DNA from: an uncultured Acidimicrobiaceae bacterium
GTDB lineage: Bacteria > Actinomycetota > Acidimicrobiia > Acidimicrobiales > RAAP-2
DNA: 64,000 nt
Reading direction: 5' to 3'
NCBI GenBank assembly: GCA_964621235.1
Contig: CAZULR010000001.1
Span: 1,058 to 65,057, forward strand
Made by a program: the position numbers and the translations under genes. Shown here one piece after another: positions 28,965 to 37,041 of the stretch. The notes beneath the pieces are model-generated. The model did no database searches and was not told the DNA's origin. It saw only the letters and a list, made by a program, of their open reading frames with translations. Numbering within the stretch: the first letter of the stretch is position 1; the number at the start of each line of letters is the position of its first letter.

Positions 28965-30138
28965 CGGGAGCATCCGGGCCGAGCATCTCTGGAAGAGGTT
29001 CCGGGCCGACGAGACGCCTCCCCTCCTGAAGGACCAGTTGCACCGGTTCCGACATTCGTTGACGGAACGGAACAAGCGCGAATACCGCTGGGTGTTGAAA
29101 GACATCAATCTCGACGTCGAACCCGGTGGAAGCCTGGGTCTGATCGGTATCAACGGCTCGGGTAAGACGACACTGCTCAAGGTGCTCAGCCAGGTGACGT
29201 TCCAGACGGCCGGCACCTGTGAGGTGCGAGGCCGGATCGGGGCGCTCCTGAGTGTCAGCAGCGGGCTCCATCCTGATCTGACCGGCCGGGAGAACGTCTA
29301 TCTGTACGGTGCCGTCCTGGGCATGAGCCGCGAGGGCATGCGGCAACGGTTCGACGAGATCGTCGAGTTCGCAGAGCTGTCTGACGCCATCGAGCGCCAG
29401 GTCAAGTACTACTCGTCGGGCATGACGGTCCGCCTCGGGTTTTCGATCGTCGCGCATCTCGATCCTGACATCCTGGTGGTCGACGAGGCGCTCGCGGTCG
29501 GTGACTCGAACTTCCAGCAGAAGTGCCTCGAGCGGATTGACAAGATCGTCCGGTCCGGCACGACCCTCCTCTTCGTCTCCCACGACCTCGCGTCGGTGGA
29601 GGCGACGTGTGACCAGTCGATCTGGTTGTCGGACGCCGTCATGCGGGCATCGGGACCGACCAAAGAGGTCATGGCCCTGTATCGGTCCGCAGTACAGAAG
29701 CAGGCCACCCTGGTGTCGACCCAGGGAGCGGTCACGGTGCTGAAGACGGAGGTCGAGGCCGTCGACGGGGATCAGCTGCGCACGGAGGGGGAGTTCGAGG
29801 TGCGCCTGACGCTGCACGCGGCGGAAGCCGAGGATGTCATGTTCCTCATCGGGATCTCCCTCGGTACCGGCTTTCCGGTGTTCGTGGTGGATCATCACGG
29901 ACCGATGCCCTCCGGCATCTTCGAGGTCAAGTGCCGGATGAAGAGCCTTCCACTGCCCAGAGGTCACTACTCCGTGTGGGCCGGCATCACGGGATATCCA
30001 GAGGGCAGGAGGGATCCGCTCCTGGCCTGGCAGCCGCTGCACACCTTCGACGCCTTCGGGCCCGAACGTGTGAAGCCTCCGCAGGGCGTCATGGTGCGGA
30101 CGCCCGTCTACGTCGGATCGACCTGGAAGGTCGGCTGA
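28945..30138 (+). CDS. wzt: polysaccharide ABC transporter ATP-binding protein with C-terminal Wzt_C-like glycan-binding domain
   Basis: 397 aa. Walker A GINGSGKTTL, signature YSSGM, Walker B ILVVDEAL. An extra roughly 150-aa beta-rich C-terminal domain lies at about 29692-30138. Overlaps wzm by 20 nt. Confidence 0.9.
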   Translation: MPTSLPDGSIRAEHLWKRFRADETPPLLKDQLHRFRHSLTERNKREYRWVLKDINLDVEPGGSLGLIGINGSGKTTLLKVLSQVTFQTAGTCEVRGRIGALLSVSSGLHPDLTGRENVYLYGAVLGMSREGMRQRFDEIVEFAELSDAIERQVKYYSSGMTVRLGFSIVAHLDPDILVVDEALAVGDSNFQQKCLERIDKIVRSGTTLLFVSHDLASVEATCDQSIWLSDAVMRASGPTKEVMALYRSAVQKQATLVSTQGAVTVLKTEVEAVDGDQLRTEGEFEVRLTLHAAEAEDVMFLIGISLGTGFPVFVVDHHGPMPSGIFEVKCRMKSLPLPRGHYSVWAGITGYPEGRRDPLLAWQPLHTFDAFGPERVKPPQGVMVRTPVYVGSTWKVG

Positions 30139-30141
30139 CGT

Positions 30142-31023
30142 TCACGGGTAGAAGGTGCGCTGCCGCACGGAACCGGACAGGCGCCCCAGACGGACTCCTG
30201 CGGTCCTGACCCAACGGACACGCTGACTCGGTTGGAACAGTCGTGGACTGGCGACCACGAGCCAGACCCAGGCCTTGACGGCCCCACGAAGGTCACGGTG
30301 AGCACCGTCGACCCGATGCCGGCGGAACAGGACGGGTCCACATCGACCATAGGCCGTGCTCTGTCGGAACACCTCCCGGGCGGTACTGCGTTCACGTTTT
30401 GCGACCAGTGCGCTGCGGGCGACGGCGAATCTGTATCCCCGCAGCTGCACGCGCCAGCAGAAGTCGATGTCGTCTCCCAACAGGAGCGCCTCGTCGAATC
30501 CGGACACCGCGTCGTAGGCTTCTCGTCGCACGGCCAGATTGGCGGTGAGGCCGGCCGGGAGAAAACCGAGTTGCCGGGTGGCTGCTGGAACGGCCGCCGT
30601 CTCGCCGAGCCCGTTCAGCGATGAGAAGTCGAAGACACCGGCCACCAACTCCGCACCGCTGAGCGCATCGATGCATCCACGGACCCAGTCCGGGTCGACG
30701 CGATCATCCGCGTCGCAGAAGGCCAGCATCTCACCCTGGGAGGCCCGGACGCCGACATTGCGGGCGGCAGGGGCTCCCGGCACAGCCGACGCATCGACCA
30801 CACGCGCGTTCCCACGGTGTGCAGCCCAAGACTCGGCGAGCTCCCGACTGCCGTCGGTGGATCCGTTGTCGGCGATCACGACCTCCCATCGGTCGTCACA
30901 CCGCTGGTTGCCGAGCGCCTCGAGCTGTTCGCTGAGCCAGGGAAATCCGTTGCGGACCGGCACGATCACGCTCAACACGGGGACGTGCACTCCCATCGGA
31001 GTCGGTGAGTGTTGACCAGTCAT
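30142..31023 (-). CDS. family-2 glycosyltransferase
   Basis: ORF 30142..31149. Likely start ATG 31023 (MTGQHSP). LSVIVPVRNG, VVIADNGSTDGS and FCDADD (DXD). Confidence 0.85.
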   Translation of the reverse strand: MTGQHSPTPMGVHVPVLSVIVPVRNGFPWLSEQLEALGNQRCDDRWEVVIADNGSTDGSRELAESWAAHRGNARVVDASAVPGAPAARNVGVRASQGEMLAFCDADDRVDPDWVRGCIDALSGAELVAGVFDFSSLNGLGETAAVPAATRQLGFLPAGLTANLAVRREAYDAVSGFDEALLLGDDIDFCWRVQLRGYRFAVARSALVAKRERSTAREVFRQSTAYGRCGPVLFRRHRVDGAHRDLRGAVKAWVWLVVASPRLFQPSQRVRWVRTAGVRLGRLSGSVRQRTFYP

Positions 31024-31176
31024 TCTTCGAGTACCACGTGGCCCCTCACCCGGTCGATTGCCTGCAGCCACGACCAAATTGTCCGAAGACGGAGGGTCGA
31101 TGAGCGCTGATAGCCTACCGCTGCGAAGGTGGGACGAGCACCCGTCCAACCACTGTCACGCTCCGGAGGTGGTCCC

Positions 31177-32109
31177 ATGCCGTCACTTCCCCCCGGGTTG
31201 GTCGCTGTCGTGCTCACCTACAAGCGGCCGCGCCTGGCGGGCCAGGTCGTCCGTTCGCTCCTCGACGTCGAAGGCGTGGCCGCGGACCGGATCATCACGG
31301 TGGTCAACGGCGAGGGTGGGTTGGATCCGACGGAACTCGAAGCCTCCGTCCGCATGGTGCGGCTGGAGCGGAACACCGGTCCGGCTGGAGGATTCCGGGC
31401 GGGTATCGAGGAGGCGTTCTCGGATCCGGACGTCGAGTGGGCCTACCTGTGCGAAGACGACGTCGGGCTCTTCGACCTCCCGTCCCCACGGTTGGCCGCG
31501 TTGCTGGCCCGGGTGGAAGCTCTGCCCCCGGCCGGAAGGCCTATCGGTGCCGTGGTGGCCTATGGCCGCAGCTTCGTAGGTCGCGGAACGCACACGGTGA
31601 ACGTTGTGCCCACCGGTGAAGCTCCTGGTGATGCGACCCGGGTGGACGTGGCCTGCTGGGGTGCGACGCTGCTCGCCCGGCGAACCTTTGAGGCCGGCGT
31701 ACTGCCCGATGAGCGTTGGTTCTTCGGCCTCGAGGACTTCGACTTCTTCTGTCGGGTCCGTGAGGCGGGGTTCGACGTGCTCGTCGACGGCGAGGCGGCG
31801 CGGGCAGTAGCGGCGCAACAGACGACTGTCGGTCGTTCTGCTGCGATCGCTGCAGAACGACCTGGTGATGATGAAGAGGCGTGGCGTGCCTACTACCACG
31901 CCCGGAACTCCGTAGAGCTCGCTCGGAGGCACGGCCGCCCCCATTGGCATGCATGGCATCTGGCCTATTCGGCGAGGCGCTGGCAGCAAGCTGGTTCACG
32001 TGCCGAACGATCGGCGATACTGAGCGGACTCTGGGACGGGGCCCGGGGCCGGATGGGGGAGAATCCGCGTTACGGACGTCGGGTGGGGGAGTTCTCCGTT
32101 CCCGAGTGA
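31177..32109 (+). CDS. family-2 glycosyltransferase (GlfT/rhamnosyltransferase-like)
   Basis: ORF 31129..32109. ATG 31177 is preceded by GGAGG. VAVVLTYKRP, NTGPAGGFRAG and LCEDDV. Confidence 0.8.
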   Translation: MPSLPPGLVAVVLTYKRPRLAGQVVRSLLDVEGVAADRIITVVNGEGGLDPTELEASVRMVRLERNTGPAGGFRAGIEEAFSDPDVEWAYLCEDDVGLFDLPSPRLAALLARVEALPPAGRPIGAVVAYGRSFVGRGTHTVNVVPTGEAPGDATRVDVACWGATLLARRTFEAGVLPDERWFFGLEDFDFFCRVREAGFDVLVDGEAARAVAAQQTTVGRSAAIAAERPGDDEEAWRAYYHARNSVELARRHGRPHWHAWHLAYSARRWQQAGSRAERSAILSGLWDGARGRMGENPRYGRRVGEFSVPE

Positions 32110-32966
32110 TCGATAGGTCCCGCGAGGTGTGCGAAGTTCGGCCACAGGCGCAGATCCAACATCGGCAGTCGCTCGCCGAGCGCCCGGACGTCGGCCTCGT
32201 AGAGACCGACCAACCGCTGAGTCAGCTCGGGATCGAACGGCTCACGCTGATCGGAGGGGCTCGTGGGCTCCTGATTGACAATTGTTCCGGATGAGTCAGG
32301 GATGCCAAGGAACCGAAACGTGGCTTCCAGTTGCCCTGAGGGGTCGGCCACGCACCGCTCGTACTGGAGGATCAGGAATCGGTCTTTGTCGAAGTAGTCG
32401 AGCCACGTCACCAGGGCGCGGTGGTAGAACCCCCGCTGCACCGCGTCGGCGACACCGGCACCATCGACCGACTCGCCCATTCGCCGTCGATGGGCGAGTC
32501 CCGACTTGAGCCGGTCGACAGGATCCCGCAGGAGGAGGAGCAGTCGGGCGTCGGGCGCGGCTCGACGGAGCAGTTGGGGGGTCCAGTCGTAGGTGAAATA
32601 GTCCGGAGTCCATTCGCCGGCGATCTGTCCGGGCCGACGGGGGAACCACCCGTGATACTGCTCGACGTCGTGTGGCCCGAACGGCTGCGCTCCGAACCGG
32701 TCGAAGAAGTGACGCTCCTTGTGAGCGGCGGATGGTGACGCCACCGACGGGTGTCCGGCGATGCGGTCATACCACCAGGTCGTACCGGCCTTCTGCACGC
32801 CGATCCCGACGAAGTCCGGAGGGCCGGCATGCTCTCCGGGCCCGAGTGGCGGCGGGGTGAAGTTGAATTGAGGTTCCCACGGAGCGAACCGTCCCATGCG
32901 GTGGAGGACCATCCGGCGGGCGGCGGGCGGAACGAGGGCGACGAACCGCTCGGCCCGGTCGCGCAT
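32070..32966 (-). CDS. sulfotransferase (Sulfotransfer_1-like)
   Basis: ORF 32070..33260. Plausible start ATG 32966 (MRDRAERF). 5'-PSB GVQKAGTTWW and 3'-PB LLLLRDPVDRLKSG. Its 3' end overlaps the convergent GT2 gene by 40 nt. Confidence 0.85.
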   Translation of the reverse strand: MRDRAERFVALVPPAARRMVLHRMGRFAPWEPQFNFTPPPLGPGEHAGPPDFVGIGVQKAGTTWWYDRIAGHPSVASPSAAHKERHFFDRFGAQPFGPHDVEQYHGWFPRRPGQIAGEWTPDYFTYDWTPQLLRRAAPDARLLLLLRDPVDRLKSGLAHRRRMGESVDGAGVADAVQRGFYHRALVTWLDYFDKDRFLILQYERCVADPSGQLEATFRFLGIPDSSGTIVNQEPTSPSDQREPFDPELTQRLVGLYEADVRALGERLPMLDLRLWPNFAHLAGPIDHSGTENSPTRRP

Positions 32967-33183
32967 CGTCACGACCTCGCCCCGGAGTGCACTGCCGCAG
33001 GATGCCACATGGGTGCGGAGGTCACAAGCGTCACGACGGACCGGGCATCGACACCCGGCACGATGCCGACACTTGACGACACCGTGGCTGGGACCGATGA
33101 TCTGCCCATGGTCGAGCCACGCGGTCCAGGCGCTCGTCGACATCGGGCCCGGCCTGTCGGCATCGTGACGAGGTTCTGATCCC

Positions 33184-35154
33184 GTGTGTGGCATCGCAGG
33201 ACTCCTCGATCCCCGATCGTCGACCGAGGCCGGACACCTGGCCCAGTTGGTCTCGACCATGACCTCGACGTTGGCCCATCGCGGACCTGACGACGGAGGG
33301 CTCTGGGTGGACGAAGGGGGCCGTGCCGCCTTCGGTCACCGTCGGCTGGCCATCGTCGACCTGAGTCCGGAAGGGCATCAGCCGATGACCTCGTCAGACG
33401 GGCGATGGACGATCTCCTACAACGGCGAGGTCTACAACTATCGCTCCCTGCGCGAGCAGCTGCACTCCGAGGGGCTCGTGTTCCGCGGCACCTCGGACAC
33501 CGAGGTCCTGGTGGGAGCCATCGAGCGCTGGGGCATCGAGCGGGCGCTCGACGCCAGTGAGGGGATGTTCGCCTTCGCACTGTGGGACCACCAGCTCCAG
33601 GCACTCCACCTGTTCCGTGACCGATTCGGGGAGAAGCCCCTGTACTACGGATGGGTGGGCGACCGCCTGGCCTTCGCCTCGGAACTCAAAGCACTCCGGT
33701 CGCTTCCCGATTTCGCCCCGGAGCTCGATCGGGGTTCGATCGCCCTGTTCCTCAGTCGTAACTGCATCCCCGCTCCGACGACGGTCTACGCAGGCATCTC
33801 GAAGCTGCAGCCCGGCCAGTGGGTGACGTTCGATGCAACCTGTCGTCGGGGTGATCCCCCCGAGTCGCGGCAGTTCTGGTCCGCCCGGGCCGCGGTGGAG
33901 GATGCTCGAAGCCGACCGTTGTCTGGACCGCTCGACCGGATGACGGACCGCTTGGAGGAGATCCTGACGACAGCCGTGGGGACCCGAATGGTGGCCGACG
34001 TGCCCGTGGGTGCATTTCTCTCGGGAGGTGTCGACTCGAGTCTGGTGGTCGCTCTGATGCAGTCGGTCAGCGCCCGACCGGTCCGAACCTTCACCGTCGG
34101 TTTCGCAGATCGCGCGTTTGACGAGTCGCACGAAGCTGCGGCCGTGGCCGAGTACCTCGGTACCGACCACACGGCCTTGATGGTGACAGACGATGACGCG
34201 GCCGCCGTCATCCCCGATCTCGCTGACATCTGGGACGAACCCTTCGGAGACATCTCGCAGATACCCGTGCTCCTCGTGAGCAGGCTTGCCCGTACGCAGG
34301 TGACCGTCGCACTGTCTGGTGACGGCGGTGACGAGCTTTTCGCCGGATACAACCGGCATGCATGGCTCGAACGCCTCTGGCGGTATGCATCGCATGTCCC
34401 GGATTCCCTCCGGCAGGCCACGGGCTCGGCAGTGGGTCGGATCCCACCGGGATCGGTCGATGCTCTGTCCCGGGTGACCGATCATCTTCCGATTCGCTGG
34501 CAGGTGAGAAATCCGTCGACCAAGGTGATGAAAGTGGGTCGGGTGTTGGCGGCTCAGGATCCGCGGAACGCCTACCTATCCCTCATCTCGCACTGGGACC
34601 GACCCGAATCCATGGTTGTCGGAGTGGGACAGCGGCAGCAGGATCAGGCACTGTCGACCGAATGGCCGAAGCTGTCGGGCATCACGGAGCAGATGCTCTG
34701 GCTCGACCTCGTCGGCTACCTGCCGGACGACATCCTGACCAAGCTCGACCGCGCCTCCATGGCCACCGGCCTCGAGGCGCGCGCTCCGCTCCTCGACCGC
34801 TCGGTGTTCGAGTTCGCCTGGAGTCTTCCGATGGATGCCAAGCTGCGAGATGGCGTCACCAAATGGATGTTGCGCCAGGTGCTGTACCGGCACGTTCCCC
34901 CGGGGCTGGTGGACCGGCCGAAGATGGGCTTCGGACTGCCCATCGGGTCGTGGCTCCGCGGTCGGCTCCGACCTTGGGCCGAGGAGATGCTCGACGAGCG
35001 TCGGTTGAGGACGCAGGGACTGCTCGACCCCGCGCCGATCCGCCTGGCCTGGGGGCAGCACCTCTCGGGCCGACGGGACCTCGGCTATGAGCTGTGGGAC
35101 GTCCTGGCCCTGCAGTCATGGTTGGACCGTTGGATGCCGGCTCTCGGAGGCTAG
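33184..35154 (+). CDS. asparagine synthase (glutamine-hydrolysing) family amidotransferase
   Basis: 656 aa, GTG start giving (M)CGIAGLL with the N-terminal nucleophile Cys. PP-loop FLSGGVDSS. Confidence 0.92.
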   Translation: MCGIAGLLDPRSSTEAGHLAQLVSTMTSTLAHRGPDDGGLWVDEGGRAAFGHRRLAIVDLSPEGHQPMTSSDGRWTISYNGEVYNYRSLREQLHSEGLVFRGTSDTEVLVGAIERWGIERALDASEGMFAFALWDHQLQALHLFRDRFGEKPLYYGWVGDRLAFASELKALRSLPDFAPELDRGSIALFLSRNCIPAPTTVYAGISKLQPGQWVTFDATCRRGDPPESRQFWSARAAVEDARSRPLSGPLDRMTDRLEEILTTAVGTRMVADVPVGAFLSGGVDSSLVVALMQSVSARPVRTFTVGFADRAFDESHEAAAVAEYLGTDHTALMVTDDDAAAVIPDLADIWDEPFGDISQIPVLLVSRLARTQVTVALSGDGGDELFAGYNRHAWLERLWRYASHVPDSLRQATGSAVGRIPPGSVDALSRVTDHLPIRWQVRNPSTKVMKVGRVLAAQDPRNAYLSLISHWDRPESMVVGVGQRQQDQALSTEWPKLSGITEQMLWLDLVGYLPDDILTKLDRASMATGLEARAPLLDRSVFEFAWSLPMDAKLRDGVTKWMLRQVLYRHVPPGLVDRPKMGFGLPIGSWLRGRLRPWAEEMLDERRLRTQGLLDPAPIRLAWGQHLSGRRDLGYELWDVLALQSWLDRWMPALGG

Positions 35155-35779
35155 GGCCTTCCCGGGCGTCCACATGCCGGCCCGATCGGCGAATAGGGGA
35201 GGCCGTCCAACCATTCGGCGATCGTGGTGAACGCAGCTTCGGCGTCGTCGAGGATGGACTCGTAGCTGCACGCAAACGTGTCGATTTCCACCAGGGCCCC
35301 AAGGGCCGAGCGGTTGTCGTGCTCCCAGGGGGCCACCCGCTCGGCGAGATGCAGACCGTCCCGCTTCTGTAGGGACCGGGCCACGGCGAGCGGTGACCGG
35401 CACACGAGTACGGCCGCCAGGGGCCAGGGGAGCCGTCGTCGCCAGGAGGGGGCGAGGCACACGCGTGGGTCCTTCCACTCGATCGGACGGGAGTCGGGAT
35501 GGGCCACCGACACCGCACTCCGGGGATCGGGGGTCCCGGGCGTGGACCGACCCGTCTCCCAGCCGTCGGGAAGCTCGAGGAGCGTCCTGACGGTCCCCGA
35601 GTCGGTCCAACAGCACTTCGTCGAATCGGTTGACGGAGATGGTCTCCCAGTGGTCAGGGTGCGCTCGTGCCAACCCCAGCGATCGTCGGCATGCGGGGTC
35701 GCCAGGCCGAGGTGCCGCTCCGGTACTTGCCCACCACCAACAGCCAGGGTCCGGCTGGGAGCCCCGGGCGGTGCACCAC
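35151..35779 (-). pseudogene. frameshifted sulfotransferase (at least two frame changes)
   Basis: Three reverse-strand frames give consecutive pieces of one sulfotransferase. From GTG 35779: PWLLVVGKYRSGTSAW (P-loop codons 35708-35731). Second frame: SLGLARAHPDHWETISVNRFDEVLLDRLG (ORF 35116..35673). Third frame: LLELPDGWE...IEWKDPRVCLAPSWRRRLP...VLVCRSPLAVARSLQKRDG...SYESILDDAEAAFTTIAEWLDGL (ORF 35151..35879). The frame changes fall near the 4-nt homopolymers at 35695-35698 and 35595-35598. Confidence 0.55.
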
Positions 35780-35896
35780 TCCCGTTCAGCTTCGATTCAG
35801 GCGATTCGTGGTCCCCGGATGTGCGAGGAATCGAGATCCTGACGGCCGTCGGTCCGGCGACCGGCGGTGATGGCGTCAATAGTCATCTCGGCATGC

Positions 35897-36820
35897 TCAA
35901 TTCCGCCTGGCCACGATCACGTTCTGGTTGAGGCGGGTGGGGCTGTCGATGAAGTCCACCACCGAGAATTCCGGTTGCCACCGCCGCTGCGCGTACGCCA
36001 GGGGAATGCAGGTCTCGCCGTAGGTCTCCGCGGGGAGCTCGTCACCCCCGCCGATGGGGTCGTTGCAGTAGTCGCCGGCGTCGTACCTGGCCAGGGAGGC
36101 CTCCGTGTCCTGGAACGCCACGAACGCGCCGGTGTTGACCGGTGACCGGACCTCTTCCGCTCGGATCCTCGCGCAATCGGGGATGAAGCTGCGCTTGCGG
36201 GTGGTGACGACAAGTGTGCCTCCCTTCCGCAGCAGTCGGGCGAACTCACCCAACCACTCGAGATGGGTGTCCTCCGTCAGGTGGGAGAAGACGGAGAAGG
36301 CGAACACCAGGTCGAGGGAGGCACTCGGACGATCGATCGGGGGATGAAGGTCGATGTGCTGGAAGGTCGCCCACCGGTTCGTGGACCGGCACGTCTCGAC
36401 GGCCTCTGTCAGTGGGTCCACGCCGAGCAGATGATCCTTGGCGAAATCCTTGATGAAGAAGCGCGAGATGCGCCCCCAGCCGCAGCCGAAGTCCATCGCA
36501 TCCGTCGGCTTGTGACGGGCAGTTGCCTCAGTGACAATTCGATAGAACTGGAATGCCTCCTGGAGAGTCGCCGGACCACTGGCTCCGGTGAAGCGGACCT
36601 GCATCTCCTCGGGCGGCATGGTCGGGAGATAGTCACGGAGGGAGGGGAAGACGGTTGCACCGTGGACGTTGAGCCAGTACCACTCCATCGGCGACATCAG
36701 GTGGAAGGCCTGGTGCGGGGGAAGCGAAAGTTTCGTGGCGGCCACGACGTTCGGTGCGGCGAGCGCGGGCCGAATCCAACCGCGTGCGGTCCTGGCGGCG
36801 TGCTCCAGTTGTTGATTCAT
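35897..36820 (-). CDS. class I SAM-dependent methyltransferase
   Basis: 307 aa. MDFGCGWGRISRFF (motif I), LDLVFAFSVFSHL and LRKGGTLVVTT. Confidence 0.85.
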   Translation of the reverse strand: MNQQLEHAARTARGWIRPALAAPNVVAATKLSLPPHQAFHLMSPMEWYWLNVHGATVFPSLRDYLPTMPPEEMQVRFTGASGPATLQEAFQFYRIVTEATARHKPTDAMDFGCGWGRISRFFIKDFAKDHLLGVDPLTEAVETCRSTNRWATFQHIDLHPPIDRPSASLDLVFAFSVFSHLTEDTHLEWLGEFARLLRKGGTLVVTTRKRSFIPDCARIRAEEVRSPVNTGAFVAFQDTEASLARYDAGDYCNDPIGGGDELPAETYGETCIPLAYAQRRWQPEFSVVDFIDSPTRLNQNVIVARRN

Positions 36821-37041
36821 GGTCAGTCCCCTCTGTCCCTGATCACAGGCATCACGCTAGATCAACAGGTGACCGGTCATCGACGCTCGGCGTAGGCGAG
36901 ACGATATCCCGAAGCCGACCCTCGGGTTGCGGCAACAGGCGCGTTGAGCAGGCGGTTCACGCTCGCCGGAGGGCGGGCGCGACGTCTATCCGTTCGAGCC
37001 CCGCGGCCTTCCGGTGAAGGATCTCCGGTAGAGTTGACCGG

